A stretch of 49,761 nt of DNA, filler included, from Catajapyx aquilonaris (GCA_000934665.2; 3 parts of 3 records of this genome joined end to end with filler, not necessarily neighbours in it); one strand, 5' to 3'; counted from the whole stretch's first letter, positions 34,996 to 47,589 are shown. The notes: generated by a model from the letters alone, not told the origin. Numbers and translations: made by a program.

Positions 34996-35850
34996 GTAGC
35001 CCTAGCTTTCTTTGACAATGAAGTGTCTGTAGAGGTGAAGAGGGAGATGGTGAAGTCCATGTTCACCAGGGATGGCGTGGACATGAATATGAACGTACCA
35101 GGTACCACCTGAAAATGTCGGAAACCACAGCAAGCGCTTGTGATGATATAACTCTTGCGAGTTTCGTGACAAGAAACACGGCAAAATTTATGATCATAAT
35201 GAACCTTCCACTTGACATCTTCTTCTCTGACCCTGCGACATGGAGCGCCAACCCAGGCTACCAGCAAGCACAGAAGGCAGTGCACAGAAGGCCTAGCAGT
35301 TACAAATGACTTGGCAGAAAGAGGAGTTGCCTTGGCTCAGGAGTACCACAAGGTCTGATTGTACACAGTGTACAGTAGTACAAAGAGAATTAAATTGTCT
35401 TAATACTAATGTAGAACGATATCGTTGTAGCTATTCAGGTGTTACTCCCCTAAAAGTAGCAGAGTGCAAGGGTGCACCTAGTGCAGGTGCAGGAGCACTG
35501 GAGCAAGGTAGGAGCAGACAGCGCGCTCCCCGAGTCATGTCGCCACTCGGCGCGACCTCTAAATATTTTCCAATTTGACTCTGATTTCGCACATACCCAG
35601 TACAGAAATGAAGGAACAGAATGAGCAGGATCCTTCCCATGATTTCCTAGTGTGAAAGCTGTGGATAGCAGTACAACGCGCGGGGAATGCGAAAATTCGC
35701 AAAATTTCGGAACTTCAAGGTCACGGCGCGACCTCTAAATATTATCCGATATTGCCTATATTTTGCAAAAGTCCGTTTTTTGTCAAAAGGAAACTTTTTA
35801 TGACAATCCTTGCTGACCTTTCAAACTTTCGTCATTTTTAAACCACCCTA
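34996..35850 (+). mobile_element. Decayed hAT-like (probably hATm-type) transposase C-terminus and right end
   Basis: VALAFFDNEVSVEVKREMV, TLASFVTRNTAKF..DPATW....YQQAQKAV, LAVTNDLAERGVAL across frameshifts; terminal AACCACCCTA (TAGGGTGGTT on the other strand) at 35841-35850. Confidence 0.65.
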
Positions 35851-36234
35851 ATGTCCATATACTATGTAGCTCTTACAATGTTAGGCCTATACATGAAATT
35901 CAAAAACATTTTGATACCTACAGAATTTATATTTGAAAACACAAAACCCATAATTTTTGTCCCGTCCGTTACCGTGGAATGGCCCATTTTCGGATTCCTA
36001 ACTTTGAAAAATCCCTTCTTTGTACTTATTTATTAGTCAACTGAATTCGATTTAGCTCACTCTTGTAGAACTATTATGTCTCCAAGTAATTTAAAAACAT
36101 TACTGGCAATAAGTAAATAGTTACCAGATTAGAAGAATGAAATCTGCACATGCAAGTTGGTGCTAAAGGGGCATTAAATATTTATATCGCTGTAATGATA
36201 GCTGATAAATCAGTTGTCAATACAGTATACTGTA

Positions 36235-37564
36235 CTACCTAATCTTGCCATAAGTTCTGTCCCATACGAAAAGGTGCCTATCTTTGTTGAAACGTAAAAC
36301 ATTATGTAATATTTACATGAGTTATATTCTTAGGACATAGTAGAATACAAAAAAATTATATTGCTCAAAATGTTCAGTCTTTGCTTTTACATACTTATTT
36401 AAAACGGTCTGGCGACTCATCCATCACGGCACTAATCACATCCATTGGTTTCGAAGCTGTTATCTTGACCAGATTCACTTTCAGAGACATGTTCCTGTGA
36501 GAATTAGAGCCAGAACTCTCCTCCAATATGGTCCACAGTAGATAATCCAAAGAGCGAATTCCTGAAGGCCAATCTTCGGTAGCGATGAACGCTGGTAAAT
36601 TCGACTGCAGCCAACATTGCACGGTCTTGTCTTTGTGTGCTAGTGTTGAGTCCTGCTGGAAGAACCAATACCATCCAGCGCACAAAGTATGGTTAAGTGG
36701 TTCACGACCCTCTCTAAGATGTCACTTTGGTAATTTGGTACTGAAGGTTTCACTCCTTTTTTTGAAAAAAAAAAAAAAAATCAGTTCTGTGGCGACTTCG
36801 TGCGGACAATCCCCAACAAACCATTTAATACCGATGGTGGTTGATGCCCTTTCTCCACCTTGGGATCTTTTTGGCGGCTTCTCGGGAGCTGTGCATATAC
36901 ACACAATCAATTTGGCAGTTGAACTTTTCCTCTACCATAAAAATTTTCTCGTTTCTAAGCGGAATTTTTCCATGCCCCAGTTTGAGTGCTGCTCCAACAA
37001 CCGTTTCGGTCTCTTTGCTCTGATGTTCCGTAAAGCTGCTGTAAGTTGCTGTCCTTTGCTTCTATGGAAAGCCCCATACCTCAGGTCTTCTCTCATGATG
37101 AAAGACATGGTTCTTGTTAGAATGTTTATCTCTGTTTCCACGATCTTCTTCTTGAGGAGAGGATTTCAGCGAATTCTCTCGGCAACTGCTTTAATAGCTG
37201 CTAGAGTTCTTCATACACGTGGACGACCAGCTCTTGGTCTGTCATAGACAGAGGAGAGTTGGTCCTATCTCTTTATGGTACAATTAACAAATTTCTTGGA
37301 TATTTGCAGAGGTTTCAGGAGATCCCCAATCTCTCTTCGTGATTTACTGCACTTGTGCAGTGCGATCAGTGCGACACGGTTCTGTTGATGGCCAATTGAA
37401 AGTTCATGGTTTGATATGGTTTGATATGATTTGAATAATATTGGTAACAATAACGCAGGACCTGCTTGTCATACCCGAAAAGAAAAAAAGTGAGAAGTTC
37501 AAGGAATCTACATGGTTACAATCCAACTGCTTTGTGGGGCAGAATTTATCGCAAGACTAGGTAG
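36235..37564 (-). mobile_element. Full-length but decayed maT/Bmmar1-like (DD37D-type) transposon
   Basis: NRVALIALHK, DRPRAGRPR, RTMSFIMREDL, FQQDS..AHK.KTVQ.WL..N...FI..EDWPS, LDY.LW; several stops and frameshifts; ~28-bp imperfect TIRs CTACCTA.TCTTGC.ATAA.TTCTG.CCCA flanked by TA. Confidence 0.9.
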
Positions 37565-39053
37565 TATAGTACCTTTTATAAACAAATGGCTCCGAGCGTA
37601 ATATTTTTTAAGTACCGGTATCAATACATGTAGAACGTGGTCAAGGGCAGTTGTGTTGCCTTCAGTTACCGGTGACCAGGGATGTCAGGTCTGGTGTACT
37701 ACTGGATTATTGCAGCAAATATACCTGCAATGGCACTGGTAACAGCCGCTCAAAAATGGTTTAAATTGGCATTTTCGTCAACCCGATGACCATCTGGATA
37801 GAGTACTCTGCACCCAGCGTTGCCACTTCCCTTTTTTGACCGTTAAAAATTATTTTAGACTATTTTTTCACTGTAGGAATTAAAAGAACCTGCTGATTTT
37901 AAGTGCCCTTCTCATGGGGGTTGCATTTCTTACACTATTCTGCACACTGCTCATTTTATTTTTAAGTCATTGTGAAATAATAATTATTGGTGTCTGCACC
38001 CTCTACAATCTACATGAACACACATAATTATCATCATGGCATAAGAAACTGAAAAAGATCAACTAGCAGGCATGCTGATTTATGCACATGTGGTGGTTTA
38101 GAATATTCATATCCTATACTAGCTGCGATATCCGTTCTTCGCACGGGGGAAAAAAGTGTTCAGAATTCCGTTCTTCGCAAGGCCCGTTTCCGTGGCCGTT
38201 TGCTTTTTGCTGCCGTCGCGTCGCCATGGAAAAACCAAACATGCTGGACAAACAAACCAATAAACTTTGTCTTTCATATACAGGTAGCAGGGTATCCGTT
38301 CTTCGCAAGGGAATCGATAAAGTTATTGAGTAAATGAAAGAAGTTCAAAAATATGCTAATTAACTGAACAAAGTCAGACAATCATAATGTGTCCGACAAT
38401 GCTGCGGGTTCACGGGAGTGATGGATTTGAACATGTGTCACATGAGAATGTCACCTTGTGGCCGGAATAAGGATGTGCAGCAGCCAGTATTTTCATGAAT
38501 TTTGAAATTAGCTAATATATTCAATCCAACAGACAGTATGTTGTTGGACCTCATACTGCTGCGTTATGGTGATTTTAAAGGGTAAATTTTGATCATTTTT
38601 TTGAGAAATTGTCAAAAACTAGCAAAATATTATTGCTGACCCTGAGAAGAGAACAAACATGGCTCTCAGTTGGAATGTGTGTAACAGTGTACAGCTAAAT
38701 CTGTAGAACAAGAATAAAGCACAGCATAACAAAGATCAATAGAAGACAACTCCAAAGACGGGCATCCATATACCTCCAATTCAAATATTTTGCCATCCAG
38801 CCGCCATACCGATGGGTTCAGATAATTGAATAATTATATTGTTGACAAAAGGGTAGTGTGGGGGTAGTGCTTCACTACACTATTTCCACTGACAAATAAA
38901 CTTCTTGCGTTGCAGCAAAATATTAGTACCATATTAGTTTGACATATTTTATTATTGCTGTCACCTGGGGCGGCAGAAGAAGGAACATTATGGGCTGACC
39001 CGGCCAGTGAGAGGCCCTACAAAACAGGCCGATGAAATCAAAATAAAAAAGCT

Positions 39054-39116
<63 letters not shown>
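39054..39116. repeat. (GAT)n microsatellite just 3' of the BTB stop codon
   Basis: Perfect trinucleotide run. Confidence 0.95.
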
Positions 39117-39129
39117 GGCCATACAGGAA

Positions 39130-39750
39130 TTAAACTGCTAACTTCTCAAAAAGAAACTTAATTACTGCAACATTGGTGCAGTCCTTCCAAGACTGAGATC
39201 CTATCACTGCTTTCTTACTGACTTCCACAAACTTTACACACTCTTCCTTTAGTTCTGTGGAGTCATGCATCAGGGCCACATTAAGAATATCTAATACAGT
39301 TTCCTGAGTTACGCATTGCGCAAGGTGACGCTCACACATGGACTTCAGACCAATGGCCTGATACGTATCGGCAGCGATCAGGAGTTCCGTTGACAATTTA
39401 AGTAGCCCAGGCACCATATACTTATCGGCAGCTACCAGGAGTTCCATTCTCTCTTCAACTTGCATGTCGTCTGGGGTTTGGTCAGAGTACAAAAAGGTAA
39501 TGAGGCCTTGCACCGCTTCAGGCGTGAGGTCCTTGATGATGACCTTGCCCGTCCTTTTTTCTTCTGTGTCATGCTCAAACATGGCTGCAAATACTGGGCT
39601 ACTACTGCAAAGAATGTTCTTGTGGACTGGAAATGCTGCTTTATCAACCACCAACATGATGGCATCTCTCTTCTCGGAGGTCCCCTGAATATCTTCAGAT
39701 AATCCTGATGGTTGACTAGGCTGGATGTCATTCATGTCTAGGTTGATGAG
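39130..39750 (-). CDS. SPOP/TDPOZ-like BTB/POZ (plus BACK-like) protein, terminal exon
   Basis: FPVHKNILCSSSPVFAAMFEHDTEEK, IKDLTPEAVQGLITFLYSD, LL.AAD.Y...GLK..CE, LKEECVKFV. Acceptor cttcctcctgcag| at 39751 and in-frame ATG at 39735. Confidence 0.88.
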   Translation of the reverse strand, partial: LINLDMNDIQPSQPSGLSEDIQGTSEKRDAIMLVVDKAAFPVHKNILCSSSPVFAAMFEHDTEEKRTGKVIIKDLTPEAVQGLITFLYSDQTPDDMQVEERMELLVAADKYMVPGLLKLSTELLIAADTYQAIGLKSMCERHLAQCVTQETVLDILNVALMHDSTELKEECVKFVEVSKKAVIGSQSWKDCTNVAVIKFLFEKLAV

Positions 39751-40065
39751 CTGCAGGAGGAAGGATCAATTCATTTGGATTAATCCGCAAATTTTTATAA
39801 GTGCAGAAATGGAACAAGGCGTAATGCTGTCTATGAAGTAATAACTTCAACAACACAGTGAGGAATCCTACTTTTTTCTGCAGTGAATGCATATTCCTGA
39901 GTGTATTTTCAAAATATTAATATTATGGGACTTGAGTTTATTTGAGTGGAGAGTAGACTCAGTACTGTCAGTAGAGTAGATTGACGGCACCTGTGGCCGC
40001 TTGCCTATATCACCTTGTGAATTCTGGAATAGAGGCCGGCCTCTATATATTATACAGCTCTAGTG

Positions 40066-40300
40066 CAGAGGTTCCCAAACTGTGCTCCGCGAAGAGGTTG
40101 GGGGGAAAAAAAGAATTCTTCAATTAGTTAATGGCTTTAGTCTCTCACTTCAAGGAAAAGCAGTAAATGGTTTTGATGTCAGTGATAAAGTACAGGCATT
40201 TAAAAAGACAATCAAATTTTTGGCAGCATCAATGAGAAGTCAAAATCTAGACAGCTTCCAAAAAATGGTGAAAGAATTTTGAGAACTAGATTCCGATATA
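40066..40300 (+). mobile_element. hAT (Charlie/Buster-type) relic
   Basis: End CAGAGGTTCCCAAACT preceded by ctcTAgtg; peptide N.FSLSLQGK...DKVQAFKK typical of this transposase group. Confidence 0.7.
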
Positions 40301-41702
40301 CCTGGAGATATCTTTAATTAGTTTGACGTGTTCATCCGCTAAATTTACTTGATAATTTCAACAGAACTGTTACTTTCTGGACTGTATAAGAATTACAGAA
40401 AACCTGTGTGATACTGTATAAGGTCATCCATTTATGTGGCAGACAAGCGAGCCTGTTTGCCACATGTGCCTAAGGGCAGGCCAATGTGTTTGATTGTTCT
40501 CTTGTTACTGTTGGTCCCTTGACATTTCTCCACCATACATTTTTTATCTTGCACTGGGCCAACCTACACTGTGGGCCAGGCGACACACTAGTAAGAAACA
40601 CCCTCTACATGTGGGGAAAATATCATTTTCCAATTTTTTGTGTTAAAGTGCCCATGACAGTCTGGATACAGTAGGAAACTTGTCCATATGGAACTTTTGC
40701 TTAGTCATGATTCAGGATATGAAATGTAACAAATTTTTGTCAAGCATAAGAAAAACCTGTATAAGAAAGAGAATTTTTGCGGATAAAGAGAATAAGCTGT
40801 AGGCTGCTCTCACTGTATTATACAACAAGATATTGTATTATATTTATGAAGTTGAGAGACAAAATGTGGAGGAAAGAATATAAAAAGACTGACCATGATT
40901 TTTATTTGTACTTTTATGTTGTCATACATAAATGGGCTCTAATGTACTGGTAATAAAAGCAAGTGAAATAAAAGTTTTATCAAACAACCATCTCTCCTAT
41001 AGTCAATAGTTTTTCGACAGTTACTCATCATGATGTTGCATTGTAAATGATGATGTCTGGTAAGAAAATGCATGGGCATTATAATGTAATTGCAATAATT
41101 TTTGTCATCACATGAATTTAAGAGACTATTCAGTATGTAGTAGCTACTGTACAACACACCACACCCACACCCAATTGGCGTTTGCCCCTCCATGTTTTTG
41201 GGCCTCCCTGTAGCTGACAGACCTGTCTACTTAATAAACGTGCCAATTCGACCCTTAGTATTGGGCATCAAGTGTGGCGAATTGTGAATAGGTCAATATG
41301 TCAATAAAACTGTATATATCAATTTATTTCACGGCAGATTTAATGCGCAAAATTTTTTATGCAATTTTTTACCTGTCCTCGTGATAGGAGATGTACGTTT
41401 CCATATGAATTGTCACCTAGAATTTTTTTTTTTTTTTGCGAAAAGCAGGGGTTGGTACCCCTACACCTGGAGCTACCACTGGGGTGCTAGGGTATCCTGC
41501 GTACAGGAAAGGGGGTTATAATCTGTTGGGCAGTTGGTTTTTTTGTGCTTGTCCGGTCGGGAACAGGTACGAATCGTACGATCATCGCGGTTTGAAAAAT
41601 TATACCGAATAGGCTTAGAAAAAATTAGAAAAGCGAGGGGGAAATAATGTCAAAAAATGACAGGGACGACGGTATGGCAACGCCTGTCAACGTATAAATT
41701 CG

Positions 41703-42160
41703 CCTGTTCGAACGCGGCTCCGGAAGTGCTGCCCGTTGACTACACGCAGGCGGAGGACAAGATGAGCGAGGCCAGTCGTACGTCACCTGTTCGAACGAAG
41801 CTCTGGAAGTGCTGTCCGTTGACTATACACGCAGGCGGAGGACAAGATGAGCGAGGCCAGTCGTACGTGACCTGTTCGAACGAAGCTCTGGAAGTGCTGT
41901 CCGTTGACTATACACGCAGGCGGAGGACAAGATGAGCGAGGCCAGTCGTACGTGACCTGTTCGAACGCGGCTCCGGAAGTGCTGCCCGTTGACTACACGC
42001 AGGCGGAGGACAAGATGAGCGAGGCCAGTCGTACGTGACCTGTTCGAACGAAGTCTGGAAGTGCTGTCCGTTGACTATACACGCAGGCGGAGGACAAGAT
42101 GAGCGAGGCCAGTCGTACGTGACCTGTTCGAACGAGATTCTGGAAGTGCTGTCCGTTGAC
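41703..42160. repeat. CpG-rich minisatellite, 83-85-bp unit, about 5.4 copies
   Basis: Units start at 41703, 41786, 41871, 41956, 42039 and 42123 (CCTGTTCGAACG...GGAAGTGCTG.CCGTTGAC...). Confidence 0.95.
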
Positions 42161-42396
42161 CAAATTGGTGGAGTTGATACTACCTATGCACCTGTGCTTG
42201 TAACTTTTACAGCGTTATGATAACAAGTCCTGTAATAAGCTATGCTGCGTATTGCGTCAGTGTCATATCAATGGTGACAGGAGATGCAAAGCAATACGAC
42301 AGATCTGAAAAAAAATGTTTGGTTAACGAAAAGCGTGATTGTGTAAAAACATTCACTCTATGCATTGTTAGCAAGAAGCATTTTATTAAAATGTAC

Positions 42397-42810
42397 GTGA
42401 CCGAAGCAGTAGTGGTGGAGTGGATATGGTATCCGACTGCTAATCGGGAGGTCCTGGGTTCGAGTCCCGGAGGCCGGTGGTCCTGACCTTTGTTTTCTGT
42501 GGTTTTCCAAGGTCGCCCCAGGAAAAATTCCGGGATCATACTGTAAAATAGGCCACAGCCGCTTCCTTCCTTACCTATCTTGTCCTGACCATGAGGAGGT
42601 GCTGTGTCGGTGGGGGGTTCTGACCCGCTTCTAGGGGGTGACTTGTAGCTTGACCCCCTGGGGGACTGCACACGACCCCCAAATTTCGGACATCGCACTT
42701 GCACCGGTATCCCCCCCCCCCCTCACAAATCCATATCCTGACTCCTGCACCGGAGAGAAATAATGCGATGAAAATTTCGTAAGAAAAATTGTGGTAACCC
42801 NCCCCCCTGG
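42397..42810 (+). mobile_element. tRNA-derived SINE, family A copy 2
   Basis: Same head as 1270 (TCCGACTGCTAATCGGGAGGTCCTGGGTTCGA); 3' part similar to the 25968 SINE. Confidence 0.8.
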
Positions 42811-43387
42811 CTGTTACGTAACTGTGTTTGTTATCACACTGTACCTGATATCATCATGTTGAATATTGCAATGTTTATAGCCTTGTGAACGTATAGTGTA
42901 CTACAATACCCTTACCTCTGGAAGCATCAGTCGTTTCAGTTGTTCTGTGCCAAGGTCAAAATAGTGTGTTCAGAGCTGTAACATTCAAAGATGTTCATTG
43001 ATTAATATTGTATGGAAATATTGATTATTATTTGTTGGATTCTAAATTGCAAATAATGATCCCAATGACCAAGATACCAAACTGGGACTATATTCCATGT
43101 AATGAGAATAATTTGTGAAGATGAGAGTAACATTTTGTGACATAATGTTCATCTGGACTACAGAAGTTTGCATGATGAATGAGGGGTTATGGAATATTCC
43201 TCCATTAATCTGATATATCTATTTGTTATGTCCGCATGGGCTAACTCTGTAAATTAATAGTATATGATTGTACGACGGTCTGTCTCCCCTCGCTAATGAC
43301 AATGTCTCTGCGGGTACACCTAAATAAATAAATAAATACATAAATAAATACATAAATATTCCTCCATTAATTTTTTAAAAGCAACAG

Positions 43388-43993
43388 TGCCATTTTTATT
43401 TTTTAACTGCATCAAACAATTCATGAGTAGCACACATTATATACAAAGGCACGCAAAATGGAACATTTGTATAAAACTATCTTGAGGAGAACAAACATGA
43501 AATAAATTAAGAAATTGGAATAAATAAGAAATTATAATAACATTGAACAAAATGCCATGTTTTGAACACCTTTGCCTCAATTAACACAAAAGGTCCAAGC
43601 TAATCTTATTAGGTGCATCATCAGGTTCCTGTATTCCGAGGGCCCCAGGTCTTCGGGCGGTGGTTGACTGATGAGTGAGATGTGCCATTTTTTACATTTT
43701 AACTGCATCAAACAATTCACATGTAGCACACATTATATGTACAAAGGTACGCAAAATGCAACATTTGAATAAAATTATTTTGAGGAGAACAAACATGAAA
43801 TAATTATTTAAGCAATTAAGAAATTAGAATAAATAAGAAATTAAAATAACAATGAACAAATTGCCATGTTTTGAACATCTTTGCCTCAATTAACACAAAA
43901 GGTCCATGCTAATCTTATTAGGTGCATCATCAGGTGCCTGTATCCCTAGGGCCACCAGGTCTTCGGGCGGTGGTTGACTCATCAGTGATATGT
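43388..43993. repeat. ~300-bp tandem duplication of the exu-like 3' coding end and 3' flank
   Basis: 43388-43682 aligns with 43682-43993 with scattered substitutions and small indels. Confidence 0.9.
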
Positions 43994-44510
43994 ACACTTT
44001 GTACGACAGTGTGCACGGATCTTCACTGTCCGACAACTTTTTCCCTGGTTCCCTGTCCCAGGGCATAATTCTTGCTGGTTCCTTTGGAAGACTATATTCA
44101 GGATCAAACCCATCCAATTCATTAGCTCCCCAGGTTCTACAATGGTAATTGTCCAAGAAGCGCTGGAAAAAATATAAAGCCAATTTATGCGTGTACCTTT
44201 GACAATGTTTATTAGGTAGTGCATGAACCCCACTCACAGGGGACAGTTTCTCATCCAGCTTCACATCCTTATAACTGCAGACTTGGTCCAGCACCATATG
44301 AATAAGCTCAGCCCGGGTTTGAGCTGCCTCCATCATCTTCCCGACCTTGACTCTGGAGGCTGGACCATGCACGTAAATCGCCAAGCATTCCAGGTCCAGG
44401 CTAGGAAATGGGACGGGCTCACCTACCACACGCTTAATGAACTCCACGCCGTTCAGGAGTCGTGTCACCACTGCTTCAAACTGCCCAACCAGATTGTAAT
44501 GCATCAATGC
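43890..44510 (-). CDS. exu: Exuperantia-like protein, terminal exon
   Basis: 76-nt phase-0 intron 44511-44586 (ends catgacag|). ALMHYNLVGQFEAVV..LLNG and AQTRAEL parallel Exu SLKKYGLLERF..SV..FAN and ASVRAKL. Confidence 0.75.
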   Translation of the reverse strand, partial: ALMHYNLVGQFEAVVTRLLNGVEFIKRVVGEPVPFPSLDLECLAIYVHGPASRVKVGKMMEAAQTRAELIHMVLDQVCSYKDVKLDEKLSPVSGVHALPNKHCQRYTHKLALYFFQRFLDNYHCRTWGANELDGFDPEYSLPKEPARIMPWDREPGKKLSDSEDPCTLSYKVYISLMSQPPPEDLVALGIQAPDDAPNKISMDLLC

Positions 44511-44586
44511 CTGTCATGGGGAAAGACAGACACTGTAATACCTTATGTTAGTTGCAAAGATCGAATATTGCCTGCTGTTTATTTAC

Positions 44587-45780
44587 CTGCATGAGTATGT
44601 AATAGGCTGCTTCATTTTCCTCATGATATACGAGCACTATGCCCTTAGCTTGGCCTCTGACCTCCATCAACCATTCGAGGAATTGCAGCAGGCAGTCTTT
44701 AATGGACAGACACGATAGAATTACTTCTTTTGCCTCGTTATCAATCATCTTGTATCCAAGGACAGTTTTTCGGACTGCCAGGTGGTGGGGCCTGCATAGA
44801 CTGGGGACTGGAGCCAGCCAGGGAGCTGCATACTGTGTGAATGTTTTCCTATCATTTGGTTGAGGAGATGCATAGTATGCTCCCACCCTGCAAATTGTAT
44901 CCGACAGGTACGGTCCACTTGTGTCAATGTCCCAGTACACTACCAGTTCTTGTTCCTCGAGGGGTAGGGGAGGAGGCACCACGCCTATTATCATAATCTC
45001 CTGACTGCCATAACCATCAAGCTCATTGGTTGCAATAGTCTGTCCTGTACTTTGCTCTGGGTGACAACCCAGGGTTACATCCTTCATCACTACTAGTTCG
45101 ACCAGTTCTTGTTCCAGGGTTAGGGGAGGAGGCACCTCGCTGTGACAGTCATCAAGCTCTTTATTAACGTTAATGAAAGAAGACAGGAGCTCAAGTGGTT
45201 CGGTATTGGTTACAATCGTTTGTCCTGTACTTTGCTCTGGGTGACAACCCAGAGTTTCATCTTCCATCACTGCCAGTTCTTGTTCCTCCAGGGTTAGGGG
45301 AGGAGGCACCTCGTTGTCATAGTCATCAAGCTCTTCATTAACGTTAGTGAAATAAGGGAGGACGTCAAGTGGTTCAGCGTTGGTTACATTCGTGTGTCCT
45401 GTACTTTGCTCTGGGTGCCCACCTTCCATCATTTCAGCCATCATCATAGCCCATTCCTCCTCAATCGCGCAGTCTTCCTCACCGTGGCATGGTAATGTGC
45501 AAGTGAATGCAGTCAATGGTGGTGCCTGCTCATTCTCATCCATCTTAGGAGTGCGGCAGTCTGCATCAGGCTCAGTCAAATCATGCTGTGGGCAATCTTC
45601 CTCACTCATGTTGAGTGGTGTACAATCTTTTTTGCTCATATTGTGGGGTGAGATATCATTAACTGACTCCTGGGTTGTGGGATCTTCAGGGAACACTGGA
45701 GCTTCTTCAAATTCCTTGTCAACAGCACCTGTAGCTTTGCAATGTTCTGCAACCGTATAGTTCACGAATTTTTCTTCCAA
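44587..45780 (-). CDS. exu: Exuperantia-like (DEDD pseudo-exonuclease) protein, exon with acidic repeats and first half of the EXO-like domain; 5' end uncertain
   Basis: WDIDTSGPYLSDTICRVGAY, FTQY..P, FLEWL and GIVLVYHEE match Exu (DIDTTG..L.DEI..LAAY, FEQY.MP, FLNWL, GIVLIYHEE). Donor CAG|gtaaat at 44586. Confidence 0.8.
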
Positions 45781-47427
45781 CTATTCCCACGCTCATTCCA
45801 TGCTCAGCTCATCCTGCGGACACAATGAACTGTTTACACACTAGTATGCAATGGTGCAGGAACACTCCATCAGTAATTTTCAAGCCCACCTAAATACAGT
45901 ATATGTAAAGTGTTAATTTACTAAATTTAGACTCAGGTGAAAAAAGATTAGTGTAAGTGGTAATGGTACATGCCTTGTTATTGATATTGTTGTTTGAAAA
46001 TAGCAATTTACATTAGAAAGCTATTTCAAGTAGTTCTCATTAAAGCAGAATGTTACTCAAGCTATTGGTATAGTGCATATTTAAATGTCAAAATGTGACA
46101 TTGCTTAGTCACATTGGTGATTCATGCCTCTCTTAGCATGCAGGTCCTGTAACAAAGGATAATTAGCAGTGATGATGTGAACATGATATTTCTCATTTGC
46201 ATACTCAATATTATTAATGGAAGTACAGTATCATTTGCACGAATAAGAATTTTAAAATCATTACAGTCATGTCCACCTGTCGGTGTCTTTTACTTCTTGT
46301 CAGACCTAGTAGATGTACCAATTATAAAATTATTGAAGACAGAGTGAGTACCTTTATAATCTCCTATTATTGTAACCTTGATTTTTGAGTGCCAATGTGC
46401 AACAGTAATGTTCTGTCCAAACATGAGGATGGTTTCTTCACAGGAAACCTCTTGTGGATAAAATGAATTTTAAAATGTGACAATGGAAAAAGGTGGATAA
46501 AAATGGTGATACAGCAATAGGATAAAATAAATAAAAGTGGAGAAAACTGTTTTGTATGAAAATTACAATATTTGGGGAAAGAAAACAACTTTTGTTTTCT
46601 TTACCCAATGACAATTATTTTCATGGCAAATCTCAGTCTACAATTTTTAAAATCCTAATTATAGATTACCCATGAGTATAATGATCCAAGTTCATAATAG
46701 TAAAACACAATGCATTTGACATTTTCAAGATGATGATTGATGATGATAACAATAATTTTCTCCCAAATGACCATCTCCCCAGCAGGATAATCAAGTAATT
46801 AAAATAATAATAATGTACACAAACATACACTTTGTATGCTTCTGATTCAATTAGTGGTCATTAAATGGGGTGAGTTCGATTCAATTCTAAATGAAAAATC
46901 CCTGCAACTATCACACTATTTGCTAATATTTAAAATCGCAAGATAGTTACACATGAGGCGCCTAGAACAAAAGCGGCCCAAGTCCAAAAATGCAATTTTG
47001 GAGATAGGACTGCCATCACATTCAGAGAACTACTCCAAGTTGGTAAAAAAAAGTGGTATAAATCCTAAGTTGGATGTTTGGGCGGTAAATGACATAATGC
47101 CATTTATGCTCCAAGGAGAGTTGCCTACCCCTTGGAGCAATCCTGGTGTAAGTCCCATACCAGCTGTTAAAGATGGCCGATGAAGATCTAAGCGATATTT
47201 CTGGGGGCATCTCTGCAGACAAATATTGTTGTGTATGACAAATAATAAGTGTGTGGAAGTCAGTTTTGCCGTATTTAAAATTATTTTTAATTATTTTTAA
47301 TTTTTAATTTTTTAATTTTTAATTTTTGCTGAAAATTTTCTTATCTTAAATTTTTTTATTGAAATTAATTGTTCCTAAAATAATTTTTGTTAAAATTGAG
47401 GAATGATCAAAGGAAACTTTATAAGTA

Positions 47428-47589
47428 CAGTTGAATCCGGATATAACAGCCTCGGCTACAACAGACTTTCGGTTATAACAGACTAGTAAGGCTGGTTCCG
47501 GCATACTTCCATCATAATTATATGGTTTTTTAAATAGGATATAAGAGACCTTGGTTATAAGAAGAGTCTGGTATATCTGGATTCAACTC
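47428..47589. mobile_element. pogo/Tigger-like MITE
   Basis: TA|CAGTTGAATCCGGATATA ... TATATCTGGATTCAACTC|TA; a related end lies near 11150-11210. Confidence 0.75.

Noticed and set aside
36585..37247. 220-aa plus-strand ORF
   Set aside because: Antisense shadow of the decayed maT transposase; no recognisable motif.
41703..42160. CRISPR array or repeat-protein ORF
   Set aside because: Whole units are near-identical with no unique spacers, and unit lengths of 83 and 85 break the frame.
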